Assembly: GCA_012862495.1 (NCBI GenBank)
Contig: BLSG01000091.1
Span: 114,412-178,200, forward strand
DNA from: Thraustochytrium aureum
Lineage: Eukaryota
DNA: 63,789 nucleotides
Direction: 5' to 3'
The translations under genes and the position numbers were made by a program. A model generated the notes under the pieces. The model worked only from the letters and a program-made list of their open reading frames with translations, ran no database searches and was not told the DNA's origin. Below are positions 49,201-60,637 of the stretch, in pieces; positions within the stretch are counted from its first letter, which is position 1; the number at the start of each line of letters is the position of its first letter.

Positions 49201-50691
49201 GCGTCGGTCGCCGCGAGAACAGCTCGGTGAGCTGGTCCAACTGGAGCGCAGGATCGGGATCGCGCCACGGCCCCGGCGCGTTCCCAACGCCGTGTCTGGT
49301 CCCAAGGGCACAAGCGAGCGCCAGTGGTTTGAGGGACGCGGTGTGAGCTTTCCAGGCGGGGTCTTCGAAAGTGACCGAGTTGTCTGGGCCGTCACAGAGG
49401 TCGAGCACTGTGGCGCGCTTCTCCCCTCCGAGCAGGATGAGCTCCTCCACGCTTGGAAATGGCGCCAGCACGGCCTGCTCGTCGAGGCTAGCCAACGTGG
49501 TGACTTTGGCGAGCGTCTCTAGGAGGACGGTCCGCTTGAGCGGGACCCCGAGCAGGTGCGCCATCCTAAACGTGTCCTCGTTCGGGCCGCGGCGCATCTT
49601 CTCGCGCAGCGTCTCGTACGTCTCGCGGCGGTCGAGTAGGAGGCGCAAGTACAGCGCGCCAACGTGCCAGGTGGAGACCTCGCGCTGCGCGTTAGAGCCG
49701 ATCTTGGCCTTGAGCCGACGTCGCTCTTCCTTGTCGACGCGCTCCGAGATCCGCGACACGGATGACTTTAGGCCCTGGAGCTTCTCGTTCAAAGCGAGCA
49801 GCTTGGCCGTTCCCCACAGCTCCAGGAACTGCTCCCAAATGGGAATCATGAGCGGGAGAAGGGCGGCAGCTGCATATGCCGTTCGTCCGAGCAGATAATG
49901 GGCCCAAGACTGTCCGTCGGGCCGAAAGCCCACGCGGAAGCCGCCCAAGACCAAGGAACAGAGGGCGACAGCGACCAGGGCCAGCGAACGTACTCGAGAG
50001 CGTGCCGGCGCTGCCCCTTCATGAGCCGCGGCACTTGGCGGCTCTTGGACTCTGCGTTCGCGCCTTCGAGGAACTGATCCACGACTTGGAGCAGCGGGGT
50101 CTCTTCGACGGTGAAGAGGCCTGCGCCTGAAGCGCCAGACGCGCGCCGCATCGCGCAGAAGGCGGCTGAGCCCACACCGACCGCAGCCAAGTCACTCTCG
50201 CGCGAGCCCAGACGCGCCGGTACGATGCAGCCGGCGGCGACCACGTCCGACTCCTGCGCACACCCGAGCTTGCCCGGTTTGAACGCCCTGACTCGGACCG
50301 GGGCTGGTGCCGCAACTCGCAGCGCAACAAGATCGCCTTGGACGAGAAGGTTTGCCGGAACTGGGAGCCACTCTGCCGAGCGGCGCGCAAAGACGACGGA
50401 CGGGAGCTGCGAGTCGAAGAATTGCACCTTGTCCCAGTTGCTCCGCTTGACGGGCGGCGACACCTCGAGCGCGTGAACAAGCTTTTCGATTCTGACGTAC
50501 TTTTCCTCGCGCAATCTGTACAGGCAAACGGCATGGACACAGCCGAGCAGAAGCAGTGATAGCACCAGCAGCATGCTTTCCACGATAGTGCCAGTGCAGT
50601 CCGGTCTCCCACTCGCCAGGCACACGCCATAGTCAACCCAAAGCGCGACAACTGCGGCGGCTGTGGCGACACCCCACCAGGTCACCGCAAG
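46281..50691 (-). CDS. TMEM94: TMEM94/ERMA-like degenerate P-type ATPase-fold membrane protein; several indels; 5' end in gap
   Basis: VPANLLVQGDLVAL, GIRFVYFS...DKMGLETDWNTAISL, ARLPHGIAEIRTHINEIDDVPLRVSTFTDSTP, and terminal LYETRLGMYSPK. Confidence 0.9.
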
Positions 50692-51653
50692 NNNNNNNNN
50701 NNNNNNNNNNNNNNNNNNNNNNNNNNNNNNNNNNNNNNNNNNNNNNNNNNNNNNNNNNNNNNNNNNNNNNNNNNNNNNNNNNNNNNNNNNNNNNNNNNNN
50801 NNNNNNNNNNNNNNNNNNNNNNNNNNNNNNNNNNNNNNNNNNNNNNNNNNNNNNNNNNNNNNNNNNNNNNNNNNNNNNNNNNNNNNNNNNNNNNNNNNNN
50901 NNNNNNNNNNNNNNNNNNNNNNNNNNNNNNNNNNNNNNNNNNNNNNNNNNNNNNNNNNNNNNNNNNNNNNNNNNNNNNNNNNNNNNNNNNNNNNNNNNNN
51001 NNNNNNNNNNNNNNNNNNNNNNNNNNNNNNNNNNNNNNNNNNNNNNNNNNNNNNNNNNNNNNNNNNNNNNNNNNNNNNNNNNNNNNNNNNNNNNNNNNNN
51101 NNNNNNNNNNNNNNNNNNNNNNNNNNNNNNNNNNNNNNNNNNNNNNNNNNNNNNNNNNNNNNNNNNNNNNNNNNNNNNNNNNNNNNNNNNNNNNNNNNNN
51201 NNNNNNNNNNNNNNNNNNNNNNNNNNNNNNNNNNNNNNNNNNNNNNNNNNNNNNNNNNNNNNNNNNNNNNNNNNNNNNNNNNNNNNNNNNNNNNNNNNNN
51301 NNNNNNNNNNNNNNNNNNNNNNNNNNNNNNNNNNNNNNNNNNNNNNNNNNNNNNNNNNNNNNNNNNNNNNNNNNNNNNNNNNNNNNNNNNNNNNNNNNNN
51401 NNNNNNNNNNNNNNNNNNNNNNNNNNNNNNNNNNNNNNNNNNNNNNNNNNNNNNNNNNNNNNNNNNNNNNNNNNNNNNNNNNNNNNNNNNNNNNNNNNNN
51501 NNNNNNNNNNNNNNNNNNNNNNNNNNNNNNNNNNNNNNNNNNNNNNNNNNNNNNNNNNNNNNNNNNNNNNNNNNNNNNNNNNNNNNNNNNNNNNNNNNNN
51601 NNNNNNNNNNNNNNNNNNNNNNNNNNNNNNNNNNNNNNNNNNNNNNNNNNNNC

Positions 51654-51932
51654 ACCGTTGAGCGGGTAGGAAGTCAGGTAGCGGACCAGCTCGAGGCGAA
51701 TCGGACTGCTGTCGAACTCAAGCTGGGCGCAGCGATGGGGGACAAGGATGCAAGGTCCAAGGATCTCGCGCGTCGCTGCGCACGGCTCGAGGAAGAATCG
51801 TTCAAGCTCGAGCGAAAGCTAGTTGGGCTGCTCGAAGACCACGAGCGGGACCGTGCGAGCTGGGAGCGCGAGCGCGGCGAGACGCGCGCAGCGCTGTTGG
51901 AGCTTCGGCGGGACTCTGCGGGGCGCCGCTGA
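51654..51932 (+). CDS. 3' fragment of a coiled-coil protein
   Basis: Open frame from the gap to the stop; LARRCARLEEESFKLERKLVGLLEDHERDRASWERER. Confidence 0.5.
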   Translation, partial: TVERVGSQVADQLEANRTAVELKLGAAMGDKDARSKDLARRCARLEEESFKLERKLVGLLEDHERDRASWERERGETRAALLELRRDSAGRR

Positions 51933-52149
51933 CGTGCAAAATGGCGCGCCAGCCCTTGTATTTTTGTTTCTTGACAGCTCGCTACATGATTTTTGGACGA
52001 GAGTGAAATTTATCGTTTTGTCAGTGTCACCCAAACCGCAAGCGGTTCAATGCTTCCGAGCTCGAGAGACGCATTCGACTGGCGGAACGGCCAGCCCTGC
52101 CTGAGATTTATGCTACCAGCGTACAATTGCGCAACTCCGCGCCAAAGCT

Positions 52150-53035
52150 TTAGCGCGAGTAGCACGGGACCTTGGCCTTGATCGCTTTGGCAGCCCCCGG
52201 CCCGCCGTTCGAGTCCAACGCGAGCAGCGTTTCAAAGACAGCCGTCTTAAAGTGTCGGTCGAACGACTTTTTGTTGATCTGAATCAGCAGAACGCCCACG
52301 TGCTCGTCCAGCGCGGGCCCCACACAGGCGGACAACTGCTGCACGGCCAGCAAAGCGGCCTTGAAGACGCCCTCCTCGCGGCAGAGCATTGCCGCGCGCA
52401 GGTTGCGGACGATCTGGGGGAGAAGAGGGACCGTCTTTTCAGATGCCCCTGGAACAGCGAGCATCTCCTTGAACGCGGTCTGCGCGACGAACACGAACGG
52501 GTGCTTGGTCTCCTTCAGACCTTCCGAGACGGTGACAATGAGCGGATCATAGTCGAGGCTCGCGGGGTCCTCGTCCCACTGGAGCCTCGCGAAAGCCACG
52601 CCGTGGTTGATGCGGCAGGGGATCCCACCTTGCGCGTAGACGTAGGAGAAGTTTGAATCTCCGCGGCTCTTGCCGAAGGGATTGCTGGTTTGCAGCTTGT
52701 CGAACTTTTTCGAGAGCCGGTCAGGGCCGTGCCAAGATCGCTGCTGCACCAGCGCCGCCCCCGAGCTCCCACTGTCGCGCTCCACCCGCTCGTCGCCCGC
52801 GTCCTTGGGCTGCAATTTACGAAGCCGCCCCGTTGTCGTTGTGGTGCTCCTCGAGCTCGCTGCGCTCCCGGTGGTCCTCGTGCTCGCCCTGCTGGACGGT
52901 TTGCCCTCCGGCGCGGTCCTCGCCGAGGCTCCCGGCGGTCTAATGCGCGTCCGCGTTGCGGGAGGGCCACCCTCCACAGTGGCGCAGTGAAGGCGCGCCC
53001 AGCTCGACATCCGTTCCGACGCTGACACCGCAGAC
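52150..53035 (-). CDS. PACRGL: PACRG-like protein (5' end uncertain)
   Basis: FSYVYAQGGIPCRINHG...LQW...LDYDPLIVTVSEGLKETKHPFVFVA...KIKAKVP-like end (AIKAKVPCYS). Confidence 0.9.
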
Positions 53036-53955
53036 NNNNNNNNNNNNNNNNNNNNNNNNNNNNNNNNNNNNNNNNNNNNNNNNNNNNNNNNNNNNNNNNN
53101 NNNNNNNNNNNNNNNNNNNNNNNNNNNNNNNNNNNNNNNNNNNNNNNNNNNNNNNNNNNNNNNNNNNNNNNNNNNNNNNNNNNNNNNNNNNNNNNNNNNN
53201 NNNNNNNNNNNNNNNNNNNNNNNNNNNNNNNNNNNNNNNNNNNNNNNNNNNNNNNNNNNNNNNNNNNNNNNNNNNNNNNNNNNNNNNNNNNNNNNNNNNN
53301 NNNNNNNNNNNNNNNNNNNNNNNNNNNNNNNNNNNNNNNNNNNNNNNNNNNNNNNNNNNNNNNNNNNNNNNNNNNNNNNNNNNNNNNNNNNNNNNNNNNN
53401 NNNNNNNNNNNNNNNNNNNNNNNNNNNNNNNNNNNNNNNNNNNNNNNNNNNNNNNNNNNNNNNNNNNNNNNNNNNNNNNNNNNNNNNNNNNNNNNNNNNN
53501 NNNNNNNNNNNNNNNNNNNNNNNNNNNNNNNNNNNNNNNNNNNNNNNNNNNNNNNNNNNNNNNNNNNNNNNNNNNNNNNNNNNNNNNNNNNNNNNNNNNN
53601 NNNNNNNNNNNNNNNNNNNNNNNNNNNNNNGCAGGGCGGCGGAGCGGGGATTGGCTGAGCGGAGGAGGGGGGGCGCACGGTGGACGCGGTGTGGGGCGAA
53701 GGCGGGCCGGCGAACGAAGAGCGAGACGGAGGGAGCGAAGCGGACAACGCTCTGACGCCGCGGAGCGAGTCCAGTAGCGACGGGAGCTGCGATTTAGACG
53801 CGCAAGGCCGAGGCAGCCACTTGTGGCTGGCGTGGAGCGCCGACCCCTCGAGCGCCAGAAGTCTCCTCGGCAGCAAGGGCCGCTCTCGCCGCAGCCCAGC
53901 GCACGACGAAGGTGCAATCCGCAACTCGATCGAGCGACCCGAGGCAGGACAGCCC

Positions 53956-55648
53956 ATGGCACAGCAAAGTCCTCCAAAAGAGCTCAGCGAAGTCGTAGCC
54001 ATGGCGACCCCAAGGGCCGCGCACGGCAAGATCGTGAGCGACTCGAACGGTGGAGGAACCGGGACAGCATGGATCCGGCATCAGCTCAGCGGCTCTGAAA
54101 TGGCCCAGCACGTCCCGCGACACCGCGCGAACAGCGGGGCGAAGAGCGGCCATGCTGTCAAAGTCCCAATCGCCACGCCAGCAGTGAGCAAGCCCCAACA
54201 TGCAGACCACCGCATGGTCGGGCTCGGAACTATGGTCATGATTGTATTCTTCACGGTCGCGGGGGCCCCGATTGGGTCAGAGGAAGTCATGTCCTCTGGC
54301 GGGCCATTCATGGGGATGCTCGCGATGATCGTGTTTCCGTGGCTGTACTGCTTTCCCGTGGCACTCATCTCGGCTGAGCTGGCCACCACCTTCCCAGAGG
54401 ACGGAAGCTTTACCCTATGGGTTGCGGCCTGCTTTGGCCGATTCTGGGCCTTTCAGGACGGCTACTGGAGCTGGGTGAGCGGCGTGTTGGATAGCGCCAT
54501 GTATCCCGTTTTCGGCGCCGAGCTGGTCCTGGGCGTCGGTAACGCGGGGTCGTTTTGGGGCATGGTGCTCGTTACGCTGTTTGCGGTGGGTGGGTCGTTG
54601 CTCAACTTTCTTGGTGTGCAGTTTGTTGGGCGCGCCATGATTCTGCTCGGTGCCGTGGTCATGCTACCATACGGTATCATGGTGCTCATGTGGTTGTTCA
54701 CCCATTTGCCGTCGCCGCTTCCCAACGACATGTTTCATGTCGCCCTTTCCAACGCGAGCGCTGTGTTCGACGGTGCGCTCGCGCCGACCACGTCGAGCGC
54801 AGCGCACGCCGCTCTGTCAGGCGTTGTTGCTGGGGCGAGTGAGTCGGTGAGCGATGCAGCAGCGGCCGCAGCTGCCTCGTTGCCGACTCAGCACCGGTCG
54901 TAGCAGGGGCGGGGTCGCTTCTTGGTCTTGCGTCGTCCACGATAAAGCCGGCAGGGCCAGAGTGGGCGCCCAATTACATCGAACTCCTTCATGTGATTTT
55001 CTGGAGCTACAGCGGATGGGATTCTGTGAGCACCTTTGCTGGCGAGGTGCACAATCCGAAGCGCACGTTCCCGCTCGCCCTTGGGCTTTCGGTGGTCGCG
55101 GTGTGTGCATCGTATGTGCTGCCGCTCTCGGTGGGCCTGATGACGCCCGGAGCGCCCGACTGGATGACGTGGAAGGAGGGCTCGTTTCACGAAATCGGGC
55201 GCGCGATCGGCGGCGCGCCGCTGGTCAGCTTGCTCGTGCTCAGCTCTGGGCTGAGCCTTCTTGCCATGTTCTGCGCTGAGACGTTTATTGACAGTTTCCT
55301 GCTTCTCGGGATGGCAGAACAAGGACTTGCGCCGGCCATCTTTGCGAAGCGCGACAAACGGTTCGACTCGCCGTACATGTCGATCGCCTGAGCCTGGTCG
55401 TAATCTGCAGCGTGTCGCACTACCTGGACTTTACGATGCTGATGCAAGTGAACAACTGCCTGACCTGCATGTCGGTCATCATCGAGCTTGTGGCTGCGGT
55501 GATGCTGCGGTTCCGCGGTACCAAGGAGCGCAAGATCCTGAAGGACGACGAGTTCCGCGCGCCCATCAGCGACACGGCAATGCTGCTCTTGCTTCTCCCT
55601 GCGTTTGTTGTCGTGTTGATCGTGGTGCTGACGACCATCTTCATGGCA
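53956..55648 (+). CDS. APC-superfamily polyamine/amino acid transporter (PUT/RMV1-like); indels near 54885 and 55388; 3' end in gap
   Basis: FFTVAGAPIGSE, ALISAELATTFPEDG...WVAACFG...WSWVSGVLDSAMYP, FWSYSGWDSVSTFAGEVHNPKRTFP, GMAEQGLAPAIFAKR. Confidence 0.9.
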
Positions 55649-57083
55649 NNNNNNNNNNNNNNNNNNNNNNNNNNNNNNNNNNNNNNNNNNNNNNNNNNNN
55701 NNNNNNNNNNNNNNNNNNNNNNNNNNNNNNNNNNNNNNNNNNNNNNNNNNNNNNNNNNNNNNNNNNNNNNNNNNNNNNNNNNNNNNNNNNNNNNNNNNNN
55801 NNNNNNNNNNNNNNNNNNNNNNNNNNNNNNNNNNNNNNNNNNNNNNNNNNNNNNNNNNNNNNNNNNNNNNNNNNNNNNNNNNNNNNNNNNNNNNNNNNNN
55901 NNNNNNNNNNNNNNNNNNNNNNNNNNNNNNNNNNNNNNNNNNNNNNNNNNNNNNNNNNNNNNNNNNNNNNNNNNNNNNNNNNNNNNNNNNNNNNNNNNNN
56001 NNNNNNNNNNNNNNNNNNNNNNNNNNNNNNNNNNNNNNNNNNNNNNNNNNNNNNNNNNNNNNNNNNNNNNNNNNNNNNNNNNNNNNNNNNNNNNNNNNNN
56101 NNNNNNNNNNNNNNNNNNNNNNNNNNNNNNNNNNNNNNNNNNNNNNNNNNNNNNNNNNNNNNNNNNNNNNNNNNNNNNNNNNNNNNNNNNNNNNNNNNNN
56201 NNNNNNNNNNNNNNNNNNNNNNNNNNNNNNNNNNNNNNNNNNNNNNNNNNNNNNNNNNNNNNNNNNNNNNNNNNNNNNNNNNNNNNNNNNNNNNNNNNNN
56301 NNNNNNNNNNNNNNNNNNNNNNNNNNNNNNNNNNNNNNNNNNNNNNNNNNNNNNNNNNNNNNNNNNNNNNNNNNNNNNNNNNNNNNNNNNNNNNNNNNNN
56401 NNNNNNNNNNNNNNNNNNNNNNNNNNNNNNNNNNNNNNNNNNNNNNNNNNNNNNNNNNNNNNNNNNNNNNNNNNNNNNNNNNNNNNNNNNNNNNNNNNNN
56501 NNNNNNNNNNNNNNNNNNNNNNNNNNNNNNNNNNNNNNNNNNNNNNNNCTTCTCTCTCTCTCATCTCCATTCCCCTTGCGCACCAACCACCCGATACTAC
56601 CCTAACCCACACCCTACCCGCGCGGCCTGTTTCTGGAACGCGCCACGTAACGAAAGACCCAAAGGTGACCTGGGAGCGCGGGCGACGGCGTGACGAGGGG
56701 GGTAGAGTGGCGCGGAAGGGGAGCGTTCCTGGAACGCAGGCGTTTGTGGAGGGGGGTATGTGACGTGTGGTGTCGCGCGCTGCGGCGACATGTGGGGGAC
56801 ACTGGCGACGTGGGTGGCGTCGAGGTGATTTGAGGCGCTGGGACTGGGCTCCGTCATTCTGGGTACGCTTGTGACGAGCATTCTTGTCAAGCTTATGTAT
56901 CGCACACCCCTATGTGATGCCGCGCGTGCCCCGCTTCCACAACCAGGACCTTTGCGTGACGGTAGAATCGGAGAAAACCACGTCACGAAGCCCCCACAAT
57001 TGACTGGTCCAAGTCTTCCTTCCCGTCCTGCCCTACCCTAGAAATAGAGGGTGTGTCATTCGTCCATATAAAATAGAGGGAAA

Positions 57084-57268
57084 GCGATGCCGTGTTTGGC
57101 GATGCCGTGTTTGGCGATGCCAACGGTAACAAAAAGAGCTCCATCAAACAAAGAAGACAATCGAAAACGAGGTAGAGAAGATGTCCGAGTCGCCGGCATT
57201 GACGCAGCACCAGCACGGGAAGAGCAAGAGCAGGGTCAGCAGGGCCAGCAGGGTCAGCAGGGCCAGGA
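57084..57268. repeat. Short tandem repeats: 15-bp gcgatgccgtgtttg (~2.5x) and 9-bp agcaggg(t/c)c (4x)
   Basis: Seen directly at 57084-57121 and ~57229-57266. Confidence 0.85.
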
Positions 57269-57448
57269 CCAACAACATTTAACTGGACAATCGCCATCGA
57301 GGCTCAGTGCTCTTGCGCCTGCCACCAGCTCCTCCTCCACCGCGCTTGCGTGGCAGAAAACAAACGCACGGCGCAAGTCCTGAAGCTCGAACGCACGACA
57401 TACATACGCGCAAGGGCGAAAGCGCGCAAACGCGCGACTTGAGGCGAG

Positions 57449-58378
57449 ATGAGCGGCTCTGGCGGCACCGCGCTGACGGTCGGCTTCGACGGCAGCAAGA
57501 AATCCGTGGGCAGCAAAGCCCCGTCCAAGGCGCTGGTGGAGCGACTCTCGCGCCAGCCTGATCGCTCCAAAACTACGGTTCGGCAGGGTCGGCCAGGCGT
57601 GTTTGAAGCAACGTCAGCGCCCGTGGACGGCTCTCGAACTGCAATGCGCGTCAACCCTGTAACTGGTAAAATGACGGCGGTGAAGAAGACAGGCGGGCAG
57701 GACATGGTTCGCGAGGGATCGCTGTACATTCCGAAAGAGTACCTGCATGCAGCAGCGGCGGCTGGGCTGGGCGGCGCAAATGGCATGTACACGCACATGG
57801 GCGCGCTCAAGAGAGAGCTGAAAGGGGCCCACAACACGGGCTCTGGGCAAGCTGGCCAGTCAGCGCCAAGGCGTTCGAGCTCGGCCACGCAACCAACCGT
57901 CAGCAACGTGGGCGGGCGGATTCATAAGCTCGATACAGGAGCGCAAAAACCCGGCAGCAACATCAAGCACGTCGTTCAAGGGCGCAGTCGCTCGATCGGC
58001 AACAGTGGGCGTTCCAACCAGGGCCCCGAGGAGTCCTCGTACGTTCGGCAGAAAGGCGTCATCAACGGGATGGGGGGCTGCACGAGCGCAACCACGCAGG
58101 CGCACCGCGAGCGCAAGACAGGTATCGCCTCGCTTGGCTCCTCAAACGGGCGCTCGTTCGTCAAGCATTCAAAGCCGGAGCCGCGCGCCGCGGCCTCGTC
58201 GCTCGGCGCTCGCGCAGCGCCTGTTCCGACAGGTGACCCAGTGCAGCGACGCGCGGGTATTACGAAAAAGCTTGGCGGTGGGCCAAGCGCAACCGGCGGC
58301 CAGGCCTCGGGCGGCACCAACATGTCTGATCGCGAAAAACGCGCAGCCTACTTTGCCTCAAAGTTTGGCAAAGCTTAG
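57449..58378 (+). CDS. Basic, G/S-rich hypothetical protein
   Basis: 309-aa ATG-initiated ORF with plausible codon usage, ending DREKRAAYFASKFGKA; no domain recognised. Confidence 0.55.
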   Translation: MSGSGGTALTVGFDGSKKSVGSKAPSKALVERLSRQPDRSKTTVRQGRPGVFEATSAPVDGSRTAMRVNPVTGKMTAVKKTGGQDMVREGSLYIPKEYLHAAAAAGLGGANGMYTHMGALKRELKGAHNTGSGQAGQSAPRRSSSATQPTVSNVGGRIHKLDTGAQKPGSNIKHVVQGRSRSIGNSGRSNQGPEESSYVRQKGVINGMGGCTSATTQAHRERKTGIASLGSSNGRSFVKHSKPEPRAAASSLGARAAPVPTGDPVQRRAGITKKLGGGPSATGGQASGGTNMSDREKRAAYFASKFGKA

Positions 58379-59038
58379 GCGCTCTCTCGAGACGCGTGCT
58401 CCAAGTCCGCACCTACATAAGAATCAACACCAACGCCGCCCTTCTGACCTGGTCAACTTTGCCGTCGCCTCGGGCTCGTTTCTGAGGACCCCGCTCCGAT
58501 CAGCGTGCTGGCCGGGACGAGCGGGACTACATTGTCATCAGCGACAAGTACGCCACGTTCGACGACACGACTGTGGTGCAGGTATCCNNNNNNNNNNNNN
58601 NNNNNNNNNNNNNNNNNNNNNNNNNNNNNNNNNNNNNNNNNNNNNNNNNNNNNNNNNNNNNNNNNNNNNNNNNNNNNNNNNNNNNNNNNNNNNNNNNNNN
58701 NNNNNNNNNNNNNNNNNNNNNNNNNNNNNNNNNNNNNNNNNNNNNNNNNNNNNNNNNNNNNNNNNNNNNNNNNNNNNNNNNNNNNNNNNNNNNNNNNNNN
58801 NNNNNNNNNNNNNNNNNNNNNNNNNNNNNNNNNNNNNNNNNNNNNNNNNNNNNNNNNNNNNNNNNNNNNNNNNNNNNNNNNNNNNNNNNNNNNNNNNNNN
58901 NNNNNNNNNNNNNNNNNNNNNNNNNNNNNNNNNNNNNNNNNNNNNNNNNNNNNNNNNNNNNNNNNNNNNCGCTGGGCTCGCGCCGCGGAAGTGCTGCTGC
59001 TGCTGCTGCTGCTGCTGCTGTGGGCGTGTGCGCGGCCG

Positions 59039-60469
59039 ATGAGGAGCTGGGCCTGGTGGATCTGGTTGGTCGCATGGGGCTGCCTCGCCGCTGGCACGGA
59101 TGGCCAGGAGATGCGGGCGGCGCGAGCGATGGCCTGGGGGAAAGGCGGCCGCGGCGCCGGGAAGGGCGGCGGTGGGAAGGGGCGCGGCAGGGAAGGGCAG
59201 GTGAGGAAGAATGGGGCTTGGTTTCGAATGCCCAGCCCTGAGGTGGCTGCTCGCCAGAAGGCCTGGCAGAGGAGGCAGTTTCAGGTGTGGGGCGCGCTCG
59301 CCGGAGTTGCCATGCAGACGTCAGACCGCGACGCAGCGCGGCAAGTGCAAGAGTTTCTCGCCGAGTTCTACAGCCGCGACCGGTTCTGCTCGCCGGCAAC
59401 GATGCAGCAGAACACGGACAGCTTGCGCAACCGCGGCGTCGGCGAGGGCCTCGGCTCTCTGCTGAACGGATACATCATCTCTGCGATGCAAGCCCTCGTG
59501 CGAGGCGTCCGCTTGTGCGCGCACGACTCGCGCAGCGTGTACATCAACGCCGAAACTTGCCCCTCGCAAAGCTGGGACTGCCTCTTCGCCCCAATCAGCG
59601 CCAAGTGTCCCTGCGCCAAGCTACGAGAACAGGGCTCGCCACAGATCCAGCAAAACGAAGCCAGACGCTGCATTTTCTCCAAGGTCGATCAAGACAAGCT
59701 TCAAGAAATCGAGCTGAGCAATGGCGTCAACTTTTTCGTCTACGACAAGCTCGTGGCATTCGACCCCACACTCCCGCGGCGGCCCGACCACTGGTACATG
59801 GCTCAGGTATACCACTACTACTTGCGGCCCAACTCGGAGCTGCGGGGATTCACTGATGCGATCAAGAGCCAGCACTTTCCAGACTGGAACCCGAACAAGA
59901 CCATCTCCGCACACATCCGCCGCGGGGACCACTGGATGGGCACCCACCTCGACGACGAGGCCTACTTGTACACAATCAAGGTGGTCGCCGAGACCACGGG
60001 CGCTGACACGGTCTTCCTCGGCACGGACGACCTGCAGGTGCTCGAGACATATCCAGCGAGGTTGGCGCCGTTGCGCGTCGTGTCCATCCCCGCAAAGTAT
60101 TCGATCATCGGCCAGCACGCCGAAAACTGCAAGGGGATGAGCAAAGGGTGTCGAGCGGCCAAGTTTCTCACGGAGAGGGCCTCCAGCGACGAGGGAAAGC
60201 TGCTAATGACTCAGATTTATCTGATGGCCGAGACCCTCGTTACCATCGGCACGATCGGGTCCAATTTTGGACGCGTCGTGCATCAACTGCAGTGGGCCGA
60301 CAAGGCGCTCAAGCGCGAGCGGACGGCGCCAGACCTCTCCTTTCTAGACATGGCGGGCGACCAGTACTTTGTCTGCGGCTGGCGCCTCTCGGAGCACCAG
60401 AACCGCGACAGCAAGCAGGTCGTGCATGAGTGGGCACGCAAGTACAGATACTTCTTCCCGCAGCTGTAG
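59039..60469 (+). CDS. Alpha-1,6-fucosyltransferase-like protein (GT23, FUT8/NodZ family)
   Basis: Signal anchor; GLGSLLN, CPSQSWDCLFAPIS, ISAHIRRGD, VFLGTDD, GTIGSNFGRVVHQL. The frame is open upstream into the gap, through a (CTG)n tract. Confidence 0.85.
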   Translation: MRSWAWWIWLVAWGCLAAGTDGQEMRAARAMAWGKGGRGAGKGGGGKGRGREGQVRKNGAWFRMPSPEVAARQKAWQRRQFQVWGALAGVAMQTSDRDAARQVQEFLAEFYSRDRFCSPATMQQNTDSLRNRGVGEGLGSLLNGYIISAMQALVRGVRLCAHDSRSVYINAETCPSQSWDCLFAPISAKCPCAKLREQGSPQIQQNEARRCIFSKVDQDKLQEIELSNGVNFFVYDKLVAFDPTLPRRPDHWYMAQVYHYYLRPNSELRGFTDAIKSQHFPDWNPNKTISAHIRRGDHWMGTHLDDEAYLYTIKVVAETTGADTVFLGTDDLQVLETYPARLAPLRVVSIPAKYSIIGQHAENCKGMSKGCRAAKFLTERASSDEGKLLMTQIYLMAETLVTIGTIGSNFGRVVHQLQWADKALKRERTAPDLSFLDMAGDQYFVCGWRLSEHQNRDSKQVVHEWARKYRYFFPQL

Positions 60470-60557
60470 GCGCGGCCGCCGGGGAGCACAGCGATTAGGT
60501 AAACAGTAAGGATGCACAGCCTGAACAACCCAGAGTGCAGTTCCAAAGCCTCCAACT

Positions 60558-60580
60558 AACAAACAAACAAACAAACAAAC
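60558..60580. repeat. (AAAC)n microsatellite
   Basis: aacaaacaaacaaacaaacaaac. Confidence 0.9.
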
Positions 60581-60637
60581 GAACATTTCCGGCTTGTCGT
60601 ATAGTTTTTCGTGCGGTCCGCGCATCGCTGCTCCGGA

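Noticed and set aside
14700..55400. Programmed ribosomal frameshifting or mass pseudogenisation
   Set aside because: No shared slippery motif, both +1 and -1 events occur in homopolymers, and housekeeping genes are otherwise intact.
56595..57045. Telomere-like cctaaccc/cctacccta words
   Set aside because: Isolated occurrences, not tandem.
58500..58587. Protein-like fragment DYIVISDKYATFDDTTVVQ before a gap
   Set aside because: Too short, with no start codon or recognisable family.
31183..60469. Glycosylation gene cluster (GT61, GT23, SGNH)
   Set aside because: The genes are more than 20 kb apart and separated by unrelated housekeeping genes.
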